Shown one piece after another: positions 26,415 to 36,722 of a stretch of DNA of 64,000 nt. The first letter of the stretch is position 1. Each line of letters starts with the position of its first letter. The notes under the pieces were generated by a model, which was given only the letters and a program-made list of their open reading frames with translations, did no database searches and was not told the DNA's origin. The DNA comes from a virus. The DNA lies in IMG/VR virus record IMGVR_UViG_3300045141_000199, positions 25,774 through 89,773 of that record. One strand, given 5' to 3'. A program made the position numbers and the translations under genes.

Positions 26415-27580
26415 AGTGCTAAACCTCCATGGTCTGTGTTGTCGCCTGACGGGATTCTGTAACGGATGCCAGTGCTGCCAGCACCATCGCTTACTGATTT
26501 CATCTTCTTCAAACGATCTTCTGTGCAAAGCCGCGTCATAATCGGCCGCAGCTTAGCCTCCTTCTCTTGCAATTCTTCCGCGAGCTGCTTGAGAGTCATT
26601 GGGTCTTCCTGATTATCAGCCAGCACGCGCATGACGTTTTGCTCGATCTCATCCATTGAGACATGGCGATACCAGAGTGCGTCCGGGTCGTACTCAAGCC
26701 TGGCGGGTGGCGGCGGCTGTAAATAACGCGCCTTGCTCCACGTCATTTCTTTGTAATCTCCCCCGACCACCTTTTGAAAGTTCTCCATGAGAGCCGCCAC
26801 GCCCTCTAGCACGGTTGATCCACGGCCGGCGCTCATTAACTCTCCATCTTCGCCCGCTCCGCTCTTGCGCTCATGATGGCTTAGGATTACGCCGCAGCCG
26901 TAATCGGTCGCTAAGGCCACAAGATTGTCGGTCACAACGGCCATGTCGGTAGCGGAGTTCTCCTCGCCTTTCCACAGCGATCGAAACGGCTCCACAAATA
27001 CAATGTCTGGCTCATGCTGCTCGACGCCCGTCCTGACTTGATTTAGCATCGCAGGGTCATCGATCTTCAGCCCGCTGTATCCGCCGTCGCCCCAAACTAG
27101 AACGTTCGCTCTAATTTCTTCGCGCTGCTCATCGGTGAACATGCGGCCGCTGTTGTTTAGCATGATGCCGATCTTCTGGTGAAACATGCCGGCGCTACCC
27201 TCGTTCTCCATTATCAAGATTCGCAGGGGCCTCTCAGGCTTCATATAAGCTTCCCCGTCTCCATTGGAAAACGTGTCAAACAGAGGCAGTCCAGCTCCCC
27301 AACGCAGAATACGGTTGAGGTTCATGGTCGTCTTCCCATAGCCGGCGCGGCCGAGGGTTACCGTTAGCTCGCCTCGAACCACGATCGTCGGCCAGACCAA
27401 CGACGGTGGAATCTCGATCGGCGCATCAAGGTATTCACCCAGCGTTTGAACGGGAGGCTCGAAAATTTCAGGCTCAACCTCGTTTAGCGCAAGCATTCGG
27501 GCTCGCTTAATTAGTTGCTCGCGCTTAGCGGGCTCCTCTGTCTCGGCTAACAGTCGAGCAAAATCGTCTACTACGCTCAT
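26411..27580 (-). CDS. RecA-like/AAA_25 replicative helicase with C-terminal wHTH
   Basis: Walker A 'GRAGYGKTT', 'ILIMENE', 'IVFVEPF', 'SHHERK', 'GRGST'. Confidence 0.8.
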   Translation of the reverse strand: MSVVDDFARLLAETEEPAKREQLIKRARMLALNEVEPEIFEPPVQTLGEYLDAPIEIPPSLVWPTIVVRGELTVTLGRAGYGKTTMNLNRILRWGAGLPLFDTFSNGDGEAYMKPERPLRILIMENEGSAGMFHQKIGIMLNNSGRMFTDEQREEIRANVLVWGDGGYSGLKIDDPAMLNQVRTGVEQHEPDIVFVEPFRSLWKGEENSATDMAVVTDNLVALATDYGCGVILSHHERKSGAGEDGELMSAGRGSTVLEGVAALMENFQKVVGGDYKEMTWSKARYLQPPPPARLEYDPDALWYRHVSMDEIEQNVMRVLADNQEDPMTLKQLAEELQEKEAKLRPIMTRLCTEDRLKKMKSVSDGAGSTGIRYRIPSGDNTDHGGLAL

Positions 27581-28050
27581 AGCGGAATATTAATCAGATT
27601 TTCAGAACCACATTCAGCGCAAATTTTGCGATGACCACTACCATGGCGTGTATGTCTTATCTGTAGATTCTCGATTTGATTATCCTCCGTATTTCCGTTG
27701 ATGTGGTGAACTTCCTCAGTAGAGACTAGAGGGCGCCCTAAATGCCGCGCCATTATCAATCTGTGCTCAGCCACACGATTCGTTTGTCTATTAATAGTTT
27801 TTGCGGACATGATGTGCATAGGATCGTCTGGTGCAACCCAAACATACCAATACTTTCCCTGTTTTGTTCTTCCCCCTGTCCAGCAATGATGTTGAGATGC
27901 CTGTTTTGGGCCGCGGGGTTTTAATTGACGTATTTGAAGGTTTTGGTACAACGACCGATGAGTAAAACCGTACTCGTCTTCGAGATCGCAAACAGATTCC
28001 CCCTGAAAATAGCGTGGCAGTATCTCATCCCAGGGATAGCGAGCGTTCAT
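27577..28050 (-). CDS. HNH endonuclease
   Basis: 'EHRLIMARHLGRPL...EVHHINGNTEDNQIENL'. Confidence 0.9.
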   Translation of the reverse strand: MNARYPWDEILPRYFQGESVCDLEDEYGFTHRSLYQNLQIRQLKPRGPKQASQHHCWTGGRTKQGKYWYVWVAPDDPMHIMSAKTINRQTNRVAEHRLIMARHLGRPLVSTEEVHHINGNTEDNQIENLQIRHTRHGSGHRKICAECGSENLINIPL

Positions 28051-29039
28051 TTAGGATTACCAATAGGACAAGAAGCACTAATGAATGGAGCCATAAGAGG
28101 ATCGTCACAGCCTGTGCTCACAAATTTACCACGTTCAGCATTACTAAGAATACGCTTTAATTCTGAGTCAGTTACATGTGACACTCCCTGCTGGTCAGCA
28201 GAATCACGTACTAATTTCATCATATAAAGAGCTTCTTCTCGGTCGCAAGCTTCCCAATTAGCAAGCATCTTTGCTAAGCAGAAATACACCACATTGCGAT
28301 GTCCCTCACTAACGGGCACTTCATCACGGCGCGCAATAATTTCCTGGCCGCAGATATGTAAATCTGAAGCAGTTCCAAACTCAGCAGCCTCATGTTCGCG
28401 CTCCTCGGGCGGAGCGATCATTAACCAATCGGCGCGCTTACGCCACTCGATCGGACTATTAAGTTCCTTCATCGCTGCTCGTACGAACATCTCTAGGGTT
28501 ACTTCGCCTAGCGGCGTTGGAAGGCCGCTCGGACGCGGCAAGGTACCGCCGTCAAGAGTCGGGATTAGTATCGGACGGGCCTCGCCATGATATGGCAGGT
28601 TGATGTAGTTACCAAACATGCCGGCCAGTAAACGATTTTGCTTAGGAAAGCACTCAACCGTTGGTTTACCTATGCCGGCGATGGCCTCCCGCATGATTCC
28701 TCGCGGAATCCACGCATCAATAGGCTCTTCGAAGAAGGCCCAAATGTGCGCATTTCCAGACCTTGAGCGCTCAATGAACGTATGTCCGAATTTCAAGAAC
28801 TTTTGCAGCTCGCGAGCAGCATCAAAGTCAGGCTCATCTAAGTCGATCGCAGCAAACCACACCTTGCCGTTGTCGAGCAGCGGGGCTATGCCTAGACCGG
28901 GACCTATGCCTTGAAGGTGATTTTCATAGACATAGCGCCGCGGAGGCTTCTTTATCCACCGGCCTTCGCCAGTTCCATAAGCATCCTGGCGACCGCGGAA
29001 TAACCTCATATAAGTATCAACCATATTGTCGGTTATCAC
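28047..29039 (-). CDS. AEP-superfamily primase (TOTE-primase-like)
   Basis: 'LFRGRQDAYG', 'HLQG', 'AAIDLD', 'IERSRSGNAHIW', 'FPKQ...GNYINLP'. Confidence 0.85.
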   Translation of the reverse strand: MITDNMVDTYMRLFRGRQDAYGTGEGRWIKKPPRRYVYENHLQGIGPGLGIAPLLDNGKVWFAAIDLDEPDFDAARELQKFLKFGHTFIERSRSGNAHIWAFFEEPIDAWIPRGIMREAIAGIGKPTVECFPKQNRLLAGMFGNYINLPYHGEARPILIPTLDGGTLPRPSGLPTPLGEVTLEMFVRAAMKELNSPIEWRKRADWLMIAPPEEREHEAAEFGTASDLHICGQEIIARRDEVPVSEGHRNVVYFCLAKMLANWEACDREEALYMMKLVRDSADQQGVSHVTDSELKRILSNAERGKFVSTGCDDPLMAPFISASCPIGNPK

Positions 29040-29320
29040 TTAACATCCAATTCGATCGCTATCAAGCGCCTGAATAACGCTCTGGTGAGCTTCTTGTCCA
29101 GCATCCAACGCCGAGGGCGTTGTCCCTCATCGAAGTTTGCTCGGTTTTTGATCGACCACATGATCCGCAGCTCGGCAGCATTGGCGAGAATGTAATCGAT
29201 CGCCCAAAGTACCTCTGCTTCTCGTAGTCCGATAATGAAACGCTGACTGCCGTCTGGCGGGAACCAGAGCAGATGTTGGTCAAGCATTTCAACTGGAAAT
29301 TCTATGGATTTATCGCTCAT
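29036..29320 (-). CDS. hypothetical protein
   Basis: AGGAGG RBS; coupled to the primase gene. Confidence 0.6.
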   Translation of the reverse strand: MSDKSIEFPVEMLDQHLLWFPPDGSQRFIIGLREAEVLWAIDYILANAAELRIMWSIKNRANFDEGQRPRRWMLDKKLTRALFRRLIAIELDVK

Positions 29321-29369
29321 ATTTCCTCCTGGGCGTATTTAAGGCGCCTGCTAGGTACCAGCCCAACTG

Positions 29370-29594
29370 CTAGTCCTCGAACCAGTAGCGTCCGTGGGCG
29401 CCTTGGTTTGATTTGTGTACCGCACTCGTTGCACGGTGCAACTGACGGCCGTACTGATCCGTCTTGCTGTCGTCAGTTTCGACGTACACAACGTTTAGCG
29501 ACGGCGTATCGCCTCCGCCCCATACTTCCGTGACAAGCGCGTTATGGCCCTTGCCGTACTCATCAACGTAGACAACGTGGTTTCCAATCTCCAT
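29370..29594 (-). CDS. hypothetical protein
   Basis: GAAAGGGGGTGAGA RBS before ATG (MEIGNHVVYVD...). Confidence 0.65.
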   Translation of the reverse strand: MEIGNHVVYVDEYGKGHNALVTEVWGGGDTPSLNVVYVETDDSKTDQYGRQLHRATSAVHKSNQGAHGRYWFED

Positions 29595-29670
29595 ATTCTC
29601 ACCCCCTTTCGGGATGCGTGACACCGTTCGGTTTCAGAATCAACATGAAACCGAACGGTGCCTTTTAACA

Positions 29671-30492
29671 CTAGACTGCTAGTCCGCCTTTAGCGTCAGG
29701 CTCAGCAGCCTTGTCGTCCAGCGCATCCTCTGCGCCGGCCGAAACTGTGCGCCCCTGCATAACCGCAAACGCGAGCTGTGAGCCCATAGCCTTCTCTTCA
29801 GGCGAAGTCTCGCGGATGAACTTCAGGTTGCTAGGGTCGATTGTGTACGCTTGGTTCTTGCCGTAGGTTTCCTTCTTGGTCACCAAGCGAAGCACGCGAT
29901 CCCACGGTGGCTTGTTGCGCAACATAGCACGCTGTAACGTGCGAATCTTGCGATGCGCCGGCACGTCGATCCGCTTCAGCGATAAGCGCACAGGCTGATA
30001 ATCATCGTCTGCGACAACGAAACCTGTGTAGTTGTGAGTAGTGGAAACCTGGGGTCCCTTGCCCCACTCACGCTCCTTGCGGTTCACGGCGGCCTTGTAC
30101 TGCTCCTCCGCCTCGGGGTACTCCGAGAACGGCTCGCCTACCCACTCCGGCCCAACCAATTCTTCCCATCGCTCGGGAATTGTTGAGTCGAACGCGACAA
30201 AGGTTTTGTCTTTGTCCTGGTTTGTGGCAAAACGCCCGCGGTTATAGTACACGGCAATGAACTCAACCGCGGTTCCAACGCCCTCATTGGATAGCGTGTT
30301 GATAAATTCACCGGCTTCAGCGTCACCCTCCTGTACCTCGCGGGTAAGAGGCTGGCCGATCTTCAGGATTGGGGTATTCAGATATTCATCATCGTCATAC
30401 TCCTGCGCCTGGGCTGCTAATACTTCGGCGGCAATAGCGTCCTGGGCCTCTAACTCTGCGCTGTTTAGCTCTGCAATGTCTGTGGTGCTCAC
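29671..30492 (-). CDS. putative single-stranded DNA-binding/recombination protein
   Basis: 'PILKIGQPLTREV...GEF', acidic tail, position in the replication module. Confidence 0.5.
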   Translation of the reverse strand: MSTTDIAELNSAELEAQDAIAAEVLAAQAQEYDDDEYLNTPILKIGQPLTREVQEGDAEAGEFINTLSNEGVGTAVEFIAVYYNRGRFATNQDKDKTFVAFDSTIPERWEELVGPEWVGEPFSEYPEAEEQYKAAVNRKEREWGKGPQVSTTHNYTGFVVADDDYQPVRLSLKRIDVPAHRKIRTLQRAMLRNKPPWDRVLRLVTKKETYGKNQAYTIDPSNLKFIRETSPEEKAMGSQLAFAVMQGRTVSAGAEDALDDKAAEPDAKGGLAV

Positions 30493-30528
30493 GTTCTTTT
30501 CTCCTCGTAGATTGTGTGCTGCTTACAG

Positions 30529-30540
30529 TGAATTATAGCA
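30529..30540 (-). promoter_or_regulatory. extended -10 promoter element TGCTATAAT
   Basis: TGCTATAATTCA on the minus strand; identical 12-mer at 39106-39117. Confidence 0.6.
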
Positions 30541-30541
30541 G

Positions 30542-30961
30542 CTAGTTCTTCTTCGAAATTGTTAATCCACGGTTCGAGTAGAAGTCAATACCGGGCGGCA
30601 TAGGGTCACCTTTGTCCAACAACTCTCTCACCAACTCATTCAGCCGGCGCTTCACAATGCTCGGCTTTGTCATGTCATCTATTCGGCCCCGCTCTTCGAA
30701 ATACTCAAGGGCGGCGTCCGCATCAATGATGCGGCCGAACTTGGTTTCGCGTGGCGTGAACGTTACGACTCCATGTGGGAATCCAAGATCAAAGCGGCGC
30801 GTTCCCTTCATCGGACTGTCTTCCAGCTCGTCAAACAATTCGGCCTCGTAAGCCCGGTACTCGCGCTCGGCAGTTTCGGCCGCTATTTTGGTCGAGTCAC
30901 GCTTCTCACGTAACTCGACCAGGCGCCGGAACCTACTCGCAATGATCTCTTCCTCACTCAT
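30542..30961 (-). CDS. hypothetical protein (replication module)
   Basis: Coiled-coil N-terminus and 'MPPGID' C-terminus, common in phage replication modules. Confidence 0.65.
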   Translation of the reverse strand: MSEEEIIASRFRRLVELREKRDSTKIAAETAEREYRAYEAELFDELEDSPMKGTRRFDLGFPHGVVTFTPRETKFGRIIDADAALEYFEERGRIDDMTKPSIVKRRLNELVRELLDKGDPMPPGIDFYSNRGLTISKKN

Positions 30962-31203
30962 GAATCATTCTTTTTGGTGTAATTGGCCTTAGCAGCATCC
31001 CCTCGGATAATGCCTAAGGCGAAGGCGACCCACCACGCGGTTATGAATCCGATCTTGCCAACGTGCCCGCCACAAATCTTCACCACTTCAGTCACGCCGA
31101 AGTTCCACGCCCACATCGTTATCAGGGCGCTAAGCGCCGCTACCGCAACGATTAGGACGATAATGCCGAGCACCATCCAGACTGTCTTAGCTCCGTCACT
31201 CAT
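30958..31203 (-). CDS. membrane protein
   Basis: Two hydrophobic helices; ATGA-coupled. Confidence 0.6.
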   Translation of the reverse strand: MSDGAKTVWMVLGIIVLIVAVAALSALITMWAWNFGVTEVVKICGGHVGKIGFITAWWVAFALGIIRGDAAKANYTKKNDS

Positions 31204-31718
31204 AGGATCAGCTCTCCTTTGTCATTTACGAAGTCCGCTTTAGCATAAGCTTCTTTTTCAGATGCATCGATGTATGGCCAGAATTCCTTCAGACGCTTGA
31301 GCTGGGCTGGGGCATTTTTCTTCAAGCGCATTACGTGGTCGCAACGTACAGGATCATAGCTTTGATCGATGGCCTCGTTCCACGCATCGAAATCGGCTGC
31401 TACCTTACCAATAGCGCCCGGAAGGACTACGCCGTATTCAATCTCCTCGCCGAACGTAACCTCATCGACCTTTTTCAGGCCGAGCTTATTAGCGATTCTG
31501 TCACGCGTAGCCTCGTCCGTCCACATCGCCCAGCGATCTTGACTGTCAGGATTGACAAAGCAATTGAAGTTGAGATTCTTCGCAATCAAACACTGCTGTG
31601 GGTCCGCGGGAATGGCCGGCATTAATGCGTCGAGCGGGTTACCGCCGCCGGCCTTACGGACCTGATTCGCAAACTTCTTTAGTTCCGCTAGGGAAGCACG
31701 TTTCGTAGCCACTTTCAT
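31200..31718 (-). CDS. hypothetical protein
   Basis: AAGGAG RBS; coupled. Confidence 0.65.
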   Translation of the reverse strand: MKVATKRASLAELKKFANQVRKAGGGNPLDALMPAIPADPQQCLIAKNLNFNCFVNPDSQDRWAMWTDEATRDRIANKLGLKKVDEVTFGEEIEYGVVLPGAIGKVAADFDAWNEAIDQSYDPVRCDHVMRLKKNAPAQLKRLKEFWPYIDASEKEAYAKADFVNDKGELIL

Positions 31719-32206
31719 ATCTCCTTGTATTCAATGTTTTGGTTGCCGCAATTGGCACAGACTGCTCGTTGATTTACGCCATGACGGCCTTTTCGTAGCT
31801 GCAAATTAGCTATTCGATTATCAGCCTTGTTACCGTTTAGGTGGTGGACCGTCTCATTTTCTAGTAATGGTCTACCGAGATGATGAGCCATTACCAATCT
31901 GTGCTCTAAGCAGTGATTCATCTTACCTAGCATAGCACGTCCGATAAGGTCGTTTAATGACACCCAAACGTAGTTATAGCCTTCTGTATGACCGCCTTTA
32001 CCTCCTGCCCAACGTGAAGCTTCAGGACCGAGGTTTAGTCCTTTTCGACTTCTCGTAGGTATGCCTCGTTCAGCTCTGAATCGCTGAAAACTATGAGGTT
32101 TTAGCTCTAACTCATTCAAAAACACTTTACACTGGCGGCCGCGTTCATACAGCTCAACGGCCTTCCAATAGTCATCTTCCCTAGGCCAACGTCTCATGAA
32201 CCTCAT
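31715..32206 (-). CDS. HNH endonuclease
   Basis: 'EHRLVMAHHLGRPL..ETVHHLNGNKADNRIANL'. Confidence 0.88.
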   Translation of the reverse strand: MRFMRRWPREDDYWKAVELYERGRQCKVFLNELELKPHSFQRFRAERGIPTRSRKGLNLGPEASRWAGGKGGHTEGYNYVWVSLNDLIGRAMLGKMNHCLEHRLVMAHHLGRPLLENETVHHLNGNKADNRIANLQLRKGRHGVNQRAVCANCGNQNIEYKEI

Positions 32207-34025
32207 CCTGCTTTATTACAGAGCGGGTTATCGATTCCTTGAGCTTATTTGTGGGGAGTATGCTGCCGTCATCCACCGTTCGGGATGCCTGATAGATATA
32301 AATCGTGGCTGAGCCTTTCATACCCATACGATGGATTCTGTCCTCGGCCTGGGCATTATTGGCTGGAACCCAATTCCTCTCAACGAAATGTGCAGTATCA
32401 GATGCAGTTAGCGTTAGCCCTTCTTTCATAGCACCGATCGTACCGACAATTACGTCGATCTCTCCACGCTGGAACGCCTCCTCTAGTTCGGATCGATCGC
32501 GCTGATCTGTCTCCCCGGTGTAAACCGCAACGTCAAGTGACTTACCGCGGAGACGGCCTGCAAGAATGTTGCAGGTATCCACAAACTCGCTAAAGACGAC
32601 GTGCTGTTTGTGGGGGTTATCTTCGATGGAGTCCGTAACGGCGTCGAGCTTTGCGCTTTCATCGGCGCCGCCCAGGAGGGCTGGCGTGGAGAGTATCTGA
32701 CGCAGGCGTACTGTTCTCGCCGCTCCATTCGGGATGGAATAGAGGCGCCGTCCGAGAACGGCGGCCTCAGCAAGCGCCTCAGCCGTTTTATCGCCTTCCT
32801 GTATCGCTGTTTCCACTTCAAGCCACAACTCCTTCTCCGCTTGTTCGTAAAGTTTGCGCTGCTTGGCACCTAGCTTTACCGGAATAGTGATCCTCATCTT
32901 CGGCGGAAGGTCAAGTACCTGAGCCTTGGTGCGCCGGTACAGCTTGCCTTTCAGCTCAAAGCGCAAAGCGTCGGGGTTCTTCACTCCTTCAATTACACGG
33001 CCGAAGTATCCTTCTGTGTAGTCCGTGTACTGCTCAAAGAAGCGCCAATAGGACGTGTACTCCTTTGGGTACAGCCAATGTAATAAAGCCCATAGCTCGG
33101 CTGGATTATTCATGATTGGCGTGCCGGTGGCCGCTAACTCAAGCTCACCTTTCGCTTTGAACAGCCCGCGGGTCTGTGCCGCCTTACGGTTCTTAGCACG
33201 ATGAGCCTCATCGGCGATGACTGACTGCCACTTGGTTTCAGCGAACAGCGGCTCCTTCATGATCTCTTTGGTCTTCTCGCCGCCGGCTTTGGTCTTCACC
33301 TTAATCTTCTTGGTGCGAAGCTGCTCATAATTGACGATCACCCAGGCTTCCTCCTGGATGCCATTTACGAGCTGAAACTTACGAGCTTTCGGCGTGGTGC
33401 CATCAACGATTACTGCCTCATCGTCGCCTAACCAAAGCTCGATCTCGCGCGCCCACACCCCCTTGACAGAGTTCGGACAGACCACTAAGTGGGGGCCACC
33501 CATGCTAAAGCCAGTGTTACTCCAGAGAGCCGTACCCTTACGGATCGCGATCTCGGCGGCCGTTGAAATGGCCGTGCCCGTCTTACCAAGGCCCATGTCG
33601 TCCGCGACGATCGCTCCACGATCGCCGGCCACCAGAGCGTCCACTAGCACGCGTTGGTGGGCCTTCAGGCCAGTGAATGGTTCGCCCCTAACGGCCTCGG
33701 GCTGCCAGGGAGCGCGCTCGTAGGCCCACGGGATTAGCAGACCAGAAGCGTCCTCGGGCAATGAGTTCACTAACTCCTGTTCGGCTTGTTGTTTGGAATC
33801 ACGAATCCACTGAACGATCTCGGACGCAACCTCAGGCTGCGTAGCGTAGACTAGGCGCTCGGCTATAGCCGGGTCGATAGGGAGCTGCCAGACTTTGCGC
33901 TTTCCTTCATAGCGTCTACCGGGTAAGTCCTTGACCTTCGCGAGCACATCCGAGAACTCGGAGCCGCGGCAGGTCGATAAGTCCAGCTCTAGGGCCTCGT
34001 CTGTTCTGGTTAACGTCGGAGGCAT
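32181..34025 (-). CDS. SNF2-family helicase/translocase
   Basis: 'ADDMGLGKT', 'VVCPNS', 'ADEAH', 'TGTPIMN', 'QAEDRIHRMG'. Confidence 0.92.
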   Translation of the reverse strand: MPPTLTRTDEALELDLSTCRGSEFSDVLAKVKDLPGRRYEGKRKVWQLPIDPAIAERLVYATQPEVASEIVQWIRDSKQQAEQELVNSLPEDASGLLIPWAYERAPWQPEAVRGEPFTGLKAHQRVLVDALVAGDRGAIVADDMGLGKTGTAISTAAEIAIRKGTALWSNTGFSMGGPHLVVCPNSVKGVWAREIELWLGDDEAVIVDGTTPKARKFQLVNGIQEEAWVIVNYEQLRTKKIKVKTKAGGEKTKEIMKEPLFAETKWQSVIADEAHRAKNRKAAQTRGLFKAKGELELAATGTPIMNNPAELWALLHWLYPKEYTSYWRFFEQYTDYTEGYFGRVIEGVKNPDALRFELKGKLYRRTKAQVLDLPPKMRITIPVKLGAKQRKLYEQAEKELWLEVETAIQEGDKTAEALAEAAVLGRRLYSIPNGAARTVRLRQILSTPALLGGADESAKLDAVTDSIEDNPHKQHVVFSEFVDTCNILAGRLRGKSLDVAVYTGETDQRDRSELEEAFQRGEIDVIVGTIGAMKEGLTLTASDTAHFVERNWVPANNAQAEDRIHRMGMKGSATIYIYQASRTVDDGSILPTNKLKESITRSVIKQDEVHETLA

Positions 34026-34197
34026 TAGCCGCCTCTAATTAACCCGACGATTGACAGCCCGAAGCCACAAAGCCAGCAAAGGCTATAAGGTATAATCGCC
34101 GGCCAGATCGGGAGATTAATCACCGCAAAGAAAACTGCGAGCAGGATCATAAAGCATTGGATTCCAAAGCCGATCTCGACTTGTGTATCAGGATTCA

Positions 34198-34587
34198 TTA
34201 CTCACTACCTCCGTAACTAAGAAGGGGCTCCAACACTGGCTCTTCATAGTGTGGGCCTTTGATTATCTTTCCATCCGGCTGGCGCTCGATGCCGCCCTTG
34301 AGCTTGCTCATGTTGCTGGCATGGACCGCCTCGATAACACGGTCGAGTGGGATACCGTAGGCTCTGGCCGTACCGTAAAGCACGTAAACCAGGTCGGCTA
34401 GCTCCTTTGCAAGATTGATGTATGCCTCGCCGGTTACGGGCTCACTACCCATCGCCTCCATTACCTCTAGGTACTCCTCAGTAATCAGCGTGCGCCGTAG
34501 CGAATGAACCTCAAAGCCACCAGATAGGACGCTGGGCTCTCCGATGGTGTCATGCCACTCATCTAGCATCGCACCCACGTCAGTCAT
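34198..34587 (-). CDS. MazG-like nucleotide pyrophosphohydrolase
   Basis: 'LITEEYLE...KELADLVYV.YG...VHASNMSK...DGKIIKG'. Confidence 0.85.
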   Translation of the reverse strand: MTDVGAMLDEWHDTIGEPSVLSGGFEVHSLRRTLITEEYLEVMEAMGSEPVTGEAYINLAKELADLVYVLYGTARAYGIPLDRVIEAVHASNMSKLKGGIERQPDGKIIKGPHYEEPVLEPLLSYGGSE

Positions 34588-34759
34588 AATGCACCGCTAA
34601 GCACGCGATCCGAGACGGGTTTACAAACAGCACGTTTTCTCGGCCTTCCTCCACCAGTGTGCCTGACTTGCCATAGGTTTCATCGTTGATGAAGACCACG
34701 GAATCTACTTTAGGGAAACGCTTTTCCGTTAAGTCCGGGCCTAATAATTCTACTTCCAT
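34580..34759 (-). CDS. small hypothetical protein (59 aa, not in ORF track)
   Basis: AGGAG RBS; MEVELLGPDLTEKRFPKVDSVVF...; overlaps the MazG start. Confidence 0.5.
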   Translation of the reverse strand: MEVELLGPDLTEKRFPKVDSVVFINDETYGKSGTLVEEGRENVLFVNPSRIACLAVHYD

Positions 34760-34798
34760 ATCTTCTCCTAAGTTATAGTGACTTATAGTTTATCAAAA

Positions 34799-35008
34799 TT
34801 AGACAAAGCCCATCCACGCTTCGACATCCTCGTCCCACTCCCAACCGAGTGCGTCGAGAACAAAAAGATCAACATCGGTCATGGCTCCAGGGTCTTGAGT
34901 TGAGCCATAGAGCACGTCGTGCTCAGCAGCAACAAGAAAGCCCTGTTCGCCTAACTTGTCGTACTTAGCGAATATCTTTAGGCCCTCAATCGCGTGAGAT
35001 ATCTTCAT
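34799..35008 (-). CDS. hypothetical protein
   Basis: 'EGLKIFAKY...AEHDVLY...LGWEWDE', a common small phage protein pattern. Confidence 0.6.
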   Translation of the reverse strand: MKISHAIEGLKIFAKYDKLGEQGFLVAAEHDVLYGSTQDPGAMTDVDLFVLDALGWEWDEDVEAWMGFV

Positions 35009-35321
35009 AATCAGGCTCCGGTGCATTGGGATCGTATTCGGCCGATTGAGCTAACTGCCTCAGCTTCACGCGCATGCCATGCGCGGCGTGTTCGAGCGCA
35101 ATCAGTTTCTTACCTTGCGGGCTCTCGGTGAAGCCAATACCATCCGGCTCTTGTTCAGCGATAAGTTGGCGCTCCATCTCGGCTACGCGAGCCATCTTGA
35201 AGGCGTCCACGATCGCTGTTTTCAGAAGGACGGCCGTGGCTTCAGCTTGGCGGCACGCGGCGCCGGCAACCTCAAAGCATGTTCCATCTAGCTCGCGCGG
35301 GTCTGTGTAGATGAACTTCAC
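34986..35321 (-). CDS. hypothetical protein
   Basis: Coupled ORF with RBS. Confidence 0.55.
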   Translation of the reverse strand: MKFIYTDPRELDGTCFEVAGAACRQAEATAVLLKTAIVDAFKMARVAEMERQLIAEQEPDGIGFTESPQGKKLIALEHAAHGMRVKLRQLAQSAEYDPNAPEPDYEDISRD

Positions 35322-35764
35322 TCGCGCTCCTTCTTTTCGTTATTGCGGTTCCAACGGTGGTATGTCCACTCGGCTGGCGTGTAGATCGTTTCCGAGCCGT
35401 TACCAGGTAACCGTAAGTGCAAACAATTGCGGCCGTTGGTCTTGCCGAACTTCACAATGCATTTGCTCTGCTTGGCAACCTGGCGGGCGAGCAGACGCGC
35501 CTCCTTGTCAGACATCTCTAAGCATCTCAAAGAGATAGCGAACCTCTTCAATGATCTCTGCTTCGGTAGCGCCTAACTCCGTCCAACGGACTACCGCGCC
35601 CTCAAAGGCTATTCTGGCTCTTTCCTTATCGTCCACGCCATTCCTTTCGTAATGCTGCACGTTCGTTCACACGGCCGCGGCGCTTTTCCTGCGGGCGGTC
35701 TTTCTTAGTCGCGCCCTTTCGCCGATGCTCGGCTTCTGAGATGTGTTTGCGCCTGTAACGTCGC

Positions 35765-35998
35765 TTAGTTAGCAAAGTATCCTCCAGTTTCACCATAGAT
35801 TGTGTTGCCCGAGCGACCGGCTTTGGCGAAGTCGCTGTAGATGCGGCGCACGTCAACCTCGACCATGCCGAAGTAGAGAGCCGCGTGAGCAAAGGCTTCA
35901 TCCGGTGACTTGCCCTGTTCGATCAGGCCCTCGATGTAATGCACGATGCGCTCGATCGACTCTTTAGCCTTAGCGAAATCAGTCACGGGCTGACCCAC
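35765..35998 (-). CDS. hypothetical protein
   Basis: ORF in the tight minus-strand operon. Confidence 0.5.
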   Translation of the reverse strand: MGQPVTDFAKAKESIERIVHYIEGLIEQGKSPDEAFAHAALYFGMVEVDVRRIYSDFAKAGRSGNTIYGETGGYFAN

Positions 35999-36456
35999 GT
36001 CGCACCCTGCCTCTCAATGGTTAGAGCTTTAATGCGGTTGCCTAGCTCTAGGATCGCGTCGAGACTCACGTACATCTCATGGGCGCCCCTGAAGACGGCC
36101 GCGCTAATTAGGTCAGTGAGCGGATACGCACCGCTCTTGATCCCGTAGAACGCCGGAAGAACCTGCTGCATTGCGTTCTCTCTTTGCGTGCGCTGCTTTG
36201 CTTGTTCCGCCTGCTTTATCTTTTCTTCAGCAACTTCATCAAGACGTGCAACACGTTTCAGCTCACGTTCTGCTGCCTCCTCCGCCCAGGTGGCTGTGAA
36301 GGCTTGCCGGTTCACTAACAGCGGCGACCCGCTAACTGAACCGTAGAAATCTAACGGCTGTGCCATGACTGAGATGTCGCCGGCCTCTTCAATAATGCGA
36401 TAGCGGCTGCGAAAGCCCGGCACGCTGCCGGCGGCATACTCCTCGCCCACCTTCAT
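35983..36456 (-). CDS. hypothetical protein
   Basis: ATGA-coupled ORF. Confidence 0.6.
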   Translation of the reverse strand: MKVGEEYAAGSVPGFRSRYRIIEEAGDISVMAQPLDFYGSVSGSPLLVNRQAFTATWAEEAAERELKRVARLDEVAEEKIKQAEQAKQRTQRENAMQQVLPAFYGIKSGAYPLTDLISAAVFRGAHEMYVSLDAILELGNRIKALTIERQGATWVSP

Positions 36457-36722
36457 AGCAAGCCTTTCAGATGGCGCTTTATCGTGTGGATTTCGGCTTG
36501 CTTAGACTCAATCTGTTCGCGCGCCACTAAGAGCTGGCCCTCAAGAATCGATACAGCGTTCTCAAGATTTTCGATCTGCTCTTCATCTTCACGCGATCCG
36601 GCGCGTAAATTCTGGATTTCGAGGATGTAATCTTTGTTCCTCGACTCAACTAACTCGATCTCTTCTGTAAATCGCTTAGCAAACGATGCCTTCTCGGCGG
36701 TATAGCGCTCAACGATCCCCAT
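36453..36722 (-). CDS. coiled-coil hypothetical protein
   Basis: GAGGAGG RBS before the MGIVERY start. Confidence 0.55.
   Translation of the reverse strand: MGIVERYTAEKASFAKRFTEEIELVESRNKDYILEIQNLRAGSREDEEQIENLENAVSILEGQLLVAREQIESKQAEIHTIKRHLKGLL

Noticed and set aside
19111-36148. Plus-strand ORFs under the replication genes
   Set aside because: Antisense shadows with no motifs or RBS.
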